From Cyanobacteria bacterium J06621_8 (GTDB lineage: Bacteria; Cyanobacteriota; Cyanobacteriia; Cyanobacteriales; Xenococcaceae): a stretch of DNA of 32,000 bases. Shown piece after piece: positions 24,602 through 32,000 of this stretch (positions are counted from its first letter, which is position 1; every line of letters begins with the position of its first letter). The notes under the pieces were generated by a model. That model saw only the letters and a program-made list of their open reading frames with translations, made no database searches and was not told where the DNA came from. The stretch covers positions 243-32,242 of the forward strand of contig JBCBIE010000022.1 in assembly GCA_038524995.1 (NCBI GenBank), read 5' to 3'. The translations under genes were made by a program, and so were the position numbers.

Positions 24602-27199
24602 ATGTTAGAAGCATATCGCCAACAAGCAGCCTTGAGAGGGTTACAGGGCATTCCCGCGCTACCCTTAACAGCGCAACAAACCTCAGAATTGTGTGAGCTA
24701 TTAAAAAATCCCCCAGAAGCTGAACAAGAAGAACTTTTAAACCTTTTGGTGGAGCGAGTTCCCCCTGGAGTAGATGACGCAGCCTATGTCAAAGCAGGTT
24801 TTTTGACTGGGGTAGCCAAGCAAGAGATTAACTGCCCTGTAATCTCAGCCCAATATGCCGTAAAGCTGCTAGGAACCATGATCGGTGGCTACAACGTCCA
24901 ATCACTAGTAGATCTCTTACAGTCCGCTGATCAGGCGATCGCCGCAGCAGCAGTAAAGGCACTAAGTAAAACCCTGCTGGTGTTTGATGCTTTTAACGAT
25001 ATTTTAGAACTTTCCCAGAGTAATTCCTATGCCCAACAGGTGATTGATTCCTGGGCAGCGGCAGAGTGGTTTACCAATCGTCCCCAACCAGCAGAGGCGA
25101 TTACCGTCACCGTATTTAAAGTTCCTGGAGAGACTAATACTGATGATCTTTCCCCTGCACCCCACGCCACAACCCGCCCCGATATCCCTCTCCACGCCCT
25201 AGCCATGCTGGAGTCAAAAATGCCTGATGGTTTGGACACCATTGCTAAGTTAAAGGAAAAAGGTCATCCCGTAGCTTACGTAGGAGACGTTGTGGGTACT
25301 GGTTCCTCTCGGAAGTCGGCGATTAATTCTGTACTGTGGCACATTGGTGATGAAATTCCCTTTGTCCCCAATAAGAAAGCGGGGGGCTATATCCTGGGTA
25401 ATAAGATTGCGCCAATTTTCTTCAACACTGCGGAAGACTCTGGGGCATTACCTATAGAGTGTGAAGTTACCCAAATGAATACAGGGGATGTAATTACCAT
25501 TCATCCCTATGAAGGCAAAATCACTAACGAAGCTGGGGAAACCATATCTAACTTTGAACTCAAGCCCGAAACTATTATTGATGAGGTACGGGCTGGAGGA
25601 AGAATTCCCCTGCTGATTGGACGGGCATTAACCGACAAAACCAGGGAAGCCTTAAGTTTACCAGTCTCTGAAGTGTTTACTCGCCCCTCCATGCCTGAAG
25701 ATACAGGCAAGGGCTTTACCCTGGCGCAAAAGATGGTGGGTAAAGCCTGTGGTTTACCAGGGGTGCGCCCAGGAACTTCCTGTGAACCGATTATGACCAC
25801 CGTAGGCTCTCAAGATACCACAGGACCTATGACCAGAGATGAGCTTAAAGAGTTAGCCTGTCTTGGTTTCAACGCTGATTTAACCCTCCAAACCTTCTGC
25901 CATACCGCAGCCTACCCTAAGCCTGTGGATATTCAAACCCATAAGAATTTACCTGACTTCTTTTCCACCCGTGGCGGGGTGGCGCTACGCCCAGGAGACG
26001 GGATTATTCACTCCTGGCTAAACCGCATGTTGTTGCCCGACACCGTTGGGACTGGTGGCGATTCCCATACCCGCTTCCCCTTGGGCATTTCCTTCCCCGC
26101 AGGTTCGGGGCTAGTCGCTTTTGCTGCTGCCCTGGGAGTTATGCCCCTAGACATGCCTGAGTCGGTTTTAGTCCGCTTTACAGGCGACTTACAGCCTGGA
26201 GTAACTCTAAGAGATATTGTTAACGCCATTCCCTGGGTTGCTATTCAGCAAGGAAAACTTACCGTAGCGAAAGAAAATAAAATCAACGTCTTTAACGGGC
26301 GAGTGATGGAAATGGAGGGATTGCCTGACCTTAAGGTAGAACAGGCGTTTGAGTTAACTGATGCTACTGCCGAACGTTCCTGTTCAGGCAGTACAATTAA
26401 GCTCAGTGAGGCAACGGTAGCCGAATACTTACGCTCTAACGTAACCTTATTGAGAAATATGGTTGCCCGTGGTTATGGAGATGACCGTACAATCATGCGC
26501 CGTGTAGCAAGGATGGAACAGTGGTTAGCCAATCCTGAATTAATGTCTGCCGATGCTAATGCTGAATATGCAGACACGATTGAGATTAATCTTAACGAAA
26601 TAGATCAACCCATCGTCGCTGCACCAAACGATCCAGATAACGTTAAACTCATGTCAGACTGTGCAGGAGAAAGAGTCGATGAAGTCTTTATCGGTTCCTG
26701 CATGACCAATATTGGACACTATCGCGCTGCGGCAAAAATTCTTGAAGGTGCAGGAGTAGTTAAAGGGCGTTTATGGATCTGTCCCCCCACCCGCATGGAT
26801 GAAAAACAACTCCGTGAGGAAGGAGTATACGGCGTGTTTGCTGCTGCTGGGGCACGTACGGAAATGCCTGGCTGTTCCCTCTGTATGGGTAACCAAGCCC
26901 GCGTTGAAGACAATGCCACTGTTTTCTCGACCTCAACCCGTAACTTTAACAACCGTATGGGTAAAGGGGCACAGGTATATCTCGGTTCAGCGGAACTAGC
27001 TGCCGTCTGCGCTTTGTTGGGTAAAATTCCTACCGTAGAAGAGTATATGGCGATCGTTCAGGAAAAAATTACTCCTTTTGCTGGAGATTTATATCGTTAT
27101 TTGAATTTCGATCAAATTGAGAATTTTGAAGATGAAGGTCGGGTAGTTCCCCCAGAGCAAATGCCTAAAGTAGAGGAAGCTTTAGAAATGTCTGTTTGA
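24602..27199 (+). CDS. acnB: Aconitate hydratase B (bifunctional aconitase 2 / 2-methylisocitrate dehydratase)
   Basis: Collinear over the full length with enterobacterial AcnB as I recall it (MLE.YR..., VTVFKV.GETNTDDLSPAP, VGSQDTTGPMTRDELK, TVGTGGDSHTRFP, GCSLCMGNQARV, STSTRNF.NR.G). An AGGAG Shine-Dalgarno lies upstream. Confidence 0.95.
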   Translation: MLEAYRQQAALRGLQGIPALPLTAQQTSELCELLKNPPEAEQEELLNLLVERVPPGVDDAAYVKAGFLTGVAKQEINCPVISAQYAVKLLGTMIGGYNVQSLVDLLQSADQAIAAAAVKALSKTLLVFDAFNDILELSQSNSYAQQVIDSWAAAEWFTNRPQPAEAITVTVFKVPGETNTDDLSPAPHATTRPDIPLHALAMLESKMPDGLDTIAKLKEKGHPVAYVGDVVGTGSSRKSAINSVLWHIGDEIPFVPNKKAGGYILGNKIAPIFFNTAEDSGALPIECEVTQMNTGDVITIHPYEGKITNEAGETISNFELKPETIIDEVRAGGRIPLLIGRALTDKTREALSLPVSEVFTRPSMPEDTGKGFTLAQKMVGKACGLPGVRPGTSCEPIMTTVGSQDTTGPMTRDELKELACLGFNADLTLQTFCHTAAYPKPVDIQTHKNLPDFFSTRGGVALRPGDGIIHSWLNRMLLPDTVGTGGDSHTRFPLGISFPAGSGLVAFAAALGVMPLDMPESVLVRFTGDLQPGVTLRDIVNAIPWVAIQQGKLTVAKENKINVFNGRVMEMEGLPDLKVEQAFELTDATAERSCSGSTIKLSEATVAEYLRSNVTLLRNMVARGYGDDRTIMRRVARMEQWLANPELMSADANAEYADTIEINLNEIDQPIVAAPNDPDNVKLMSDCAGERVDEVFIGSCMTNIGHYRAAAKILEGAGVVKGRLWICPPTRMDEKQLREEGVYGVFAAAGARTEMPGCSLCMGNQARVEDNATVFSTSTRNFNNRMGKGAQVYLGSAELAAVCALLGKIPTVEEYMAIVQEKITPFAGDLYRYLNFDQIENFEDEGRVVPPEQMPKVEEALEMSV

Positions 27200-27250
27200 T
27201 TCCTCTCTCAACTCCCTATTTCCCTAACTTTCTCTTTCTCTTTCATTTAA

Positions 27251-27299
27251 CAAGAATAAGAACAGCCCTCCCATCAAGAGAAGAGGGCTGATATTCTTG
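27251..27299. terminator. Long interrupted hairpin between convergent genes (possible bidirectional terminator)
   Basis: CAAGAATA-AGAA-CAGCCCTC, then a 12-nt loop, then GAGGGCTG-A-TATTCTTG. There is no strong T-run on either side. Confidence 0.4.
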
Positions 27300-27430
27300 A
27301 AATTGGCGTTGCAGGATCAGGGTATGATTCTAAATTTCTAACAATCAAACAAAATGGTTACAAGCTAATAGCCAAAAGCTAACGGCTAATAACTATCTCA
27401 ACAGATCTATTCTCTGATTCAAAACTAGCG

Positions 27431-29224
27431 TTAAATAACAGGAACATAGGGACCAACCACGTTATCCTTAGCTGCGATAATGCCTGTGGCGATTCCTGCT
27501 GACGCTGCTGCCTGTCCCATCAGGTTACCCCCTGGATAAACTTGTCCAGGACTATTGTTAGCACCATCTTTGCCCTGGAGTGCCACCCAGTCTCCCGCAA
27601 CCACCAGGTTAGAAAGATGCTCCTCGGCAAAGAACGGTGACGGGCGATCGCCTTGACCGACCTGATAACCAGTAAAGTTAAAGTAGCGCCCAATTTGTAG
27701 CCCATTCTCTGAGACAGGGGGGGCATCCGCTAGCTGGGATAAGCCGTCAATATCTCGCAATTCTTCTTTAATTGCATCCCATAATTCTTGGTCAGAAAGT
27801 TGCAGCAATAATTGCCATAGTTCGTCGTCGGTACAGCTTTCCGCCTTTCCTTTTAGATTGTCATACCTTCTGGCTAGAGAGGGACCCAGGTCGTAGGCGT
27901 GAACTTCAATGACCCATCGATCCTCTCCCGCAGGGGCAGCTTTGACCCAGGCGGTATCGCTTTGTTCGGTTTTATGAGCTTGAAAGACTAAATCTACGGG
28001 CTGATTTTCGGGTGTTTCAATTACGTCGGGTCGGTCGGGGTTTTCAGGTTTACCCAGCAGATAGGCGCGGGCAACCACATAGGGAGGGGCTGTTTTTAAT
28101 TTATTTACCCTTGACTTGACCTGATTTAGGTTAGCGGTAGTTGCCGCATCCTTTGCCTCTGTAGCAGCAAAAATTTCCTTTGTCCCTTTAATATCCGTTG
28201 CCATCACCAAATAATCAAGCTCGATACTCTCTCCATTAGTAAAGTTCAAACCCTTAACTAGGCTGTTATCTAACTTTAATTCTTTGACCCGATAGCCTAA
28301 ATGAATCTTGACTCCCAATTTCTCTAAGTGCTCGCGGAAGGGCAGCATAATCGAGGTGTAATGATTATCTGTGGGCACCACCCGCAACATCGCATTGGGT
28401 TTACGGATAAAGAAAGTCCACATTAAATGTAGTGCCTGAGCCGCGCTAATATCCTTGGTTCGGTTAAGGCTCACCGTTAGTACAGTTTGAATAAAGGTGT
28501 CGAAAAAAGACTTAGCGATTCTACCTTGAGAGTATTCCACCATAGTGATGTGATCCAGCTTTTTGATTACCCTCTCGTGGTTGTAGAAAAACAGAGACAC
28601 CATCCCAGGAAAACTTCTGATGGCATCCCACGTATTAACATTTGGCGATCGCCAGACAATGCCCAACATGTTGAGTAAATGGATATTGGGTCTAGCTTCT
28701 AGGAGCTCTTCCTCATAGTTCTCAAACTCCAGCAGCACGTCATTTACTGGTTTTAGGTTCTGATCTGCCCCAACTTCCTCCATTTTTTGCATCAGGTAGT
28801 CGTAGACGTTATGGAAAAAGTGATGTAAGCCATGCTCCCAAAAGCCCGAAGGGGAAGTTTCACTGGGTTTTGCTCCCAATCTGCCGCCAATGAAGTCCGT
28901 AGCTTCATAAATATCAACCTTGTAACCCCGCTTGACCAAATCCAGAGCCGCAATTAATCCTGCCAGCCCTGCGCCAACAACCGCCACCCGCTTTTCAACT
29001 CCTGGGGGCAGTTTCTCCAATCCTTTAGTTACAGGGGGTTCAACTACCCGACCCAAATCATTGAGCAGAAAAGGAGGAAAGCCCCGCAATTTCTTATTGA
29101 CCCTGAGTAAGATCTTTTCCAGGAATGGCGGAATACCTTTGTTTCGAGCTAGGAGAGTAATATTTTGCTGACCACTACCAGCAGCTTGGTTGTCTGAAGT
29201 AGCATTAGGCGATCGCTTTACCAT
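27431..29224 (-). CDS. FAD/NAD(P)-binding oxidoreductase (amine-oxidase / phytoene-desaturase-like superfamily) with ~80-aa N-terminal extension
   Basis: Rossmann dinucleotide motif VAVVGAGLAGLIAALDLVKRGYKVDIYEATDFIGGRL. C-terminal FAD motif region LVVAGDWV. Confidence 0.8.
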   Translation of the reverse strand: MVKRSPNATSDNQAAGSGQQNITLLARNKGIPPFLEKILLRVNKKLRGFPPFLLNDLGRVVEPPVTKGLEKLPPGVEKRVAVVGAGLAGLIAALDLVKRGYKVDIYEATDFIGGRLGAKPSETSPSGFWEHGLHHFFHNVYDYLMQKMEEVGADQNLKPVNDVLLEFENYEEELLEARPNIHLLNMLGIVWRSPNVNTWDAIRSFPGMVSLFFYNHERVIKKLDHITMVEYSQGRIAKSFFDTFIQTVLTVSLNRTKDISAAQALHLMWTFFIRKPNAMLRVVPTDNHYTSIMLPFREHLEKLGVKIHLGYRVKELKLDNSLVKGLNFTNGESIELDYLVMATDIKGTKEIFAATEAKDAATTANLNQVKSRVNKLKTAPPYVVARAYLLGKPENPDRPDVIETPENQPVDLVFQAHKTEQSDTAWVKAAPAGEDRWVIEVHAYDLGPSLARRYDNLKGKAESCTDDELWQLLLQLSDQELWDAIKEELRDIDGLSQLADAPPVSENGLQIGRYFNFTGYQVGQGDRPSPFFAEEHLSNLVVAGDWVALQGKDGANNSPGQVYPGGNLMGQAAASAGIATGIIAAKDNVVGPYVPVI

Positions 29225-29471
29225 AAAAAAATAGCTAAATTAAATACGTCTCTTAAATACTTATGTTAGTTTATGATTGTATTGTAATAATATTTTAATT
29301 GATAAATATTTCATTTTTATTAAATGATTGACTGTACTGCTCTGCTATAAATTAATAGAGATTCTGAAGACTAAAGTACATAATTCATCTTTAAGAATAA
29401 TGTTCACTCAAAACGCAAAATATCAATTTTTATTAAGCTTATAGTCCTATTGTCGCAAAGATAACCTCATC

Positions 29472-31877
29472 ATGACCGAAGCATCTGCAAGAACTAATCC
29501 TCATAGTTTTGATCGTCAATCGCAATTTCCCCAGACGGTTGTTGCCGTAAGTAGGGAAGAATTCATCGAACCAATTGAGCTAAAGATAAAACCTGCGCCA
29601 GGAGTCAAGGCGACTTTACCAGATGATCTACAGGGACATTATTTTATGGTGAGTCCTGTGGGTTCCCCCAATTCGTCTCAAGTTGAGGGAGATGAGCAAA
29701 CTGTTTGGGTGAGCAAGGATGGTTGGACAGCGCTATATAACGGCGACGGCATGGTTTATCGTCTTAGTTTTTCTCAAGGAACTGCCAGCTTAAAAACCCG
29801 TTTAGTTAAACCCCCTTCATACTTTGCTGACTTAGCAACCTCTGATCCAGCCAATAGCGAAGAATACAGCAAACTAAAATTTTACAATTTAGGAATTTCT
29901 CGCGGTTCCTTTAATATGTTAGGAATCCGCAATCAGCTAAACACCGCATTTGTCCCTTTTAAACTGGAGGATGATGAGAGCGAGCGTTTGTTAATCACCT
30001 GGGACGTTGGTAGACCTTTTGAAATTGATCCAGAAACTCTAGAAACTTTTACTCCTGTAGGTTTAAATAACAGCTGGTCTGAGTTATTGCCTGGTCAACA
30101 ACCCCTCCCCTTTAAAAATTTGATGGCTTCTGCCCATCCTGTATTTGATACCAATGACAAGAAATTTTATACCCTTAATGTAGGTAAATCATTGTGGACA
30201 ATGTTAGCCTTAACGCGTTCAATTAATGTTCGGCTGGCAGAAAATAGCGGAGCTTTCAAAGAATTAATCAGCAGAATTTTAACTGAGCGCAATTTAAACT
30301 TTACCAAAAGCTTTAAGAATATTTTAATCCTCTTTTATTCAGTAATTTTATACTCCCTCAGGTTTGTAATCTGGATTATGGATATCTTTGTCAGAATCCT
30401 CAAGATTTTTACTGGAGGCTATGATTTTGTTCATTTACTGGAATGGGAAGGTAAAGAGGTAGATATTAGTAGAAAGTGGAATATTGTTCTGCCTGGTAAT
30501 CGACCCCTAGTCATTGATCAAACTGTGCATCAAATGGGGATAACCAGAGACTATATTGTATTTGCCGAAACCTCATTTAAGTTTTCGTTGGAGAATACTT
30601 TTCCCTTTCAAAGAAACTCAATTCTTAGCTCATTCATAATTTTTATGACTGACTTTCTCAACTATCCTCAATATCCTGTTACGAAGCTCTTTATTATTGA
30701 CAAGGCTAATTTAGAAATAAAAGACACTAGTTTATTAACTAAAATCAAGAATTTTTTCTCTCGCAGTCAATTTAAAGACTTACCAAAAGTTGTGGCAAAG
30801 GAGGTTAAAATTCAGCCTGAATTTTCTCACTACGTACTCGACTATGACAATGCTAATGACCAGATTGTAGTTCACGCAGCTCATCTGGCAGCATCAGATA
30901 TTGCTGAATATATCCGCATTTATGACCGCTCTGCTTACGATGATCGCGATCCCGATGAGCTAGAAGATATTTACGACGATCCTGAAATAACCCACAGGAT
31001 ACAGCAGCTAGCAGGAAATATAGTCAGCCCCACAGATATCAGTAGATTAGGTCGTTTGGTAATTAATGCCAAAACAGGTGAGATTATCGACCATAAAATG
31101 TTTCCCAACCATTCAGACAAAAAAAATATTAATGATCAGCTTGCAGCTTATAAACAAGATCCCAAGAATAATAAGATAGACCCCAAATACTTACTTACTT
31201 GGTCTACCGCATTTTATGTTTATCCAGATCAAAGACCAACTCAAAAACTAACTGATATTTTCTGGAACAACTGGGGCGCTTGGCCCGACACTCTAACCAA
31301 TAGAGCAGTTGAAGCCTATCAGGATTATCCTCAACGTCTAGTTGATTTAGATAAGCTAGTGGACTTGACCTATGTTGGCGTACCTTCCAGCCTCTGTCAT
31401 ATCAAAATAACCACAGATTCTGAGCAAAAATCACAGATAGAACTCAATGAAAAGAATTTTTATCAGTTTGCTAAAAATAATTTGGGAACTTCGGCACAAT
31501 TTATTCCCCGTCCTAATGCTAAGGATCAAACCGATGGCTTCATTGTTTGTGTGGTGCTAACTTCCGATGAATTCTTAGCCCAAAGCGATCGCCCAGATAA
31601 CGATCCTGAATGGTCACAAAATAGCGAAATCTGGATCTTTGATGCCCAAAAGCTAAATCATGGACCGCTGTATAAAATGAGTCATCCTAAGCTCAATATT
31701 GGCTTTTCCTTTCATACTACCTGGATGCCAGAGGTTAAGTCCCCCAAGCGCCGCTTAAAATATGACGTGAAGAAAGATTATGAACATCTGGTAGAACAGC
31801 TAATAGAAAATCAGCCTCAGTTGGGGGACAAAATCCGTAAGCTGTTTGATGAAGAGATTTATCCTAATTTTGAATAA
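29472..31877 (+). CDS. Carotenoid-oxygenase (CCD/RPE65) family protein, unusually long (801 aa) with insertions
   Basis: Four candidate iron-ligand His contexts occur in family order: SAHPVFD, VHQMGITRDYIVFAET, FSHYVLDY, GFSFHTTW. An N-terminal LQGHYFMVSPVG block is present. A hydrophobic insertion NILILFYSVILYSLRFVIWIMDIFVRILKIF lies at about 30310-30412. Confidence 0.7.
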   Translation: MTEASARTNPHSFDRQSQFPQTVVAVSREEFIEPIELKIKPAPGVKATLPDDLQGHYFMVSPVGSPNSSQVEGDEQTVWVSKDGWTALYNGDGMVYRLSFSQGTASLKTRLVKPPSYFADLATSDPANSEEYSKLKFYNLGISRGSFNMLGIRNQLNTAFVPFKLEDDESERLLITWDVGRPFEIDPETLETFTPVGLNNSWSELLPGQQPLPFKNLMASAHPVFDTNDKKFYTLNVGKSLWTMLALTRSINVRLAENSGAFKELISRILTERNLNFTKSFKNILILFYSVILYSLRFVIWIMDIFVRILKIFTGGYDFVHLLEWEGKEVDISRKWNIVLPGNRPLVIDQTVHQMGITRDYIVFAETSFKFSLENTFPFQRNSILSSFIIFMTDFLNYPQYPVTKLFIIDKANLEIKDTSLLTKIKNFFSRSQFKDLPKVVAKEVKIQPEFSHYVLDYDNANDQIVVHAAHLAASDIAEYIRIYDRSAYDDRDPDELEDIYDDPEITHRIQQLAGNIVSPTDISRLGRLVINAKTGEIIDHKMFPNHSDKKNINDQLAAYKQDPKNNKIDPKYLLTWSTAFYVYPDQRPTQKLTDIFWNNWGAWPDTLTNRAVEAYQDYPQRLVDLDKLVDLTYVGVPSSLCHIKITTDSEQKSQIELNEKNFYQFAKNNLGTSAQFIPRPNAKDQTDGFIVCVVLTSDEFLAQSDRPDNDPEWSQNSEIWIFDAQKLNHGPLYKMSHPKLNIGFSFHTTWMPEVKSPKRRLKYDVKKDYEHLVEQLIENQPQLGDKIRKLFDEEIYPNFE

Positions 31878-31928
31878 GTTCTAGTTTTTCTTTCTAAAAA
31901 TGATGAAAATTGATTTTCCGTAGGCGGT

Positions 31929-32000
31929 TCAGATAACTGGAACATAGGGTCCAACTACATTATCTTTAGCCGCGATAATCCCTGCCGCAATTCCCGCAGA
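31929..32000 (-). CDS. 3' end of a second FAD oxidoreductase, paralog of 27431-29224 (partial, runs off the window)
   Basis: The reverse translation ...SAGIAAGIIAAKDNVVGPYVPVI* matches the C-terminus ...SAGIATGIIAAKDNVVGPYVPVI* of the 597-aa protein. The stop codon complement is at 31929-31931. Confidence 0.75.
   Translation of the reverse strand, partial: SAGIAAGIIAAKDNVVGPYVPVI

Noticed and set aside
123-26999. Many ORF-track entries nested in or antisense to larger genes: 123-404, 182-424, 2701-2892, 4898-5104, 6176-6508, 10501-10773, 10816-11010, 15753-16028, 17182-17382, 17735-17974, 17978-18217, 19960-20157, 20117-20326, 21287-21514, 23605-23832, 23990-24187, 24151-24339, 25004-25195, 25027-25242, 25507-25800, 26008-26229, 26719-26952, 26799-26999, plus 27520-27726, 28487-28678 and 28932-29171.
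   Set aside because: Each overlaps a longer ORF with clear family signatures on the other strand or frame. Their translations are low-complexity or compositionally odd. They were treated as shadow ORFs.

Overview
This is a cyanobacterial chromosomal window. The HIP1 palindrome GCGATCGC is frequent (e.g. 52-59, 593-600, and many sites inside genes), and there are STRR-like heptamer tandem repeats. No rRNA, tRNA, CRISPR array, integrase or transposase was recognised.

The left ~19.6 kb is accessory, conflict-type DNA interleaved with three ordinary genes. It holds three STAND-type P-loop NTPases of different clades:
- a 1627-aa caspase / degenerate-caspase / NTPase / hydrophobic segment / WD40 protein (854-5737, minus);
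- a divergently transcribed 931-aa NACHT protein whose pentapeptide-repeat C-terminus is a 19 x 15-bp tandem DNA repeat (6186-8981, plus);
- a TIR ORF plus an NB-ARC/TPR ORF (15215-17673, plus), separated only by an in-phase A_AAA_AAG / A9 slippery tract.

The TIR/NB-ARC pair sits with a HicA fragment and an orphan DUF433 gene in a visibly AT-rich, HIP1-free ~3.2-kb cassette. That cassette is bracketed by 474-bp direct repeats made of a 5'-truncated and a full-length Uma2-family gene. Between these blocks lie amt, a glycerophosphodiesterase and a SWIM-finger protein.

The right part is mostly housekeeping or metabolic: a ferrochelatase-family paralog with His-rich ends, a thioredoxin-like 2Fe-2S ferredoxin, acnB, and a carotenoid-oxygenase-like gene flanked by two paralogous FAD oxidoreductases.

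Short GC-rich mosaic dispersed repeats occur at about 9.3 kb and 19.6 kb. The second is bounded by a 10-bp direct duplication.

My best candidates for something new are the recoding/phase-variable TIR-NLR cassette and its mode of insertion. All functional calls come from motif recognition by eye; no database search was run.
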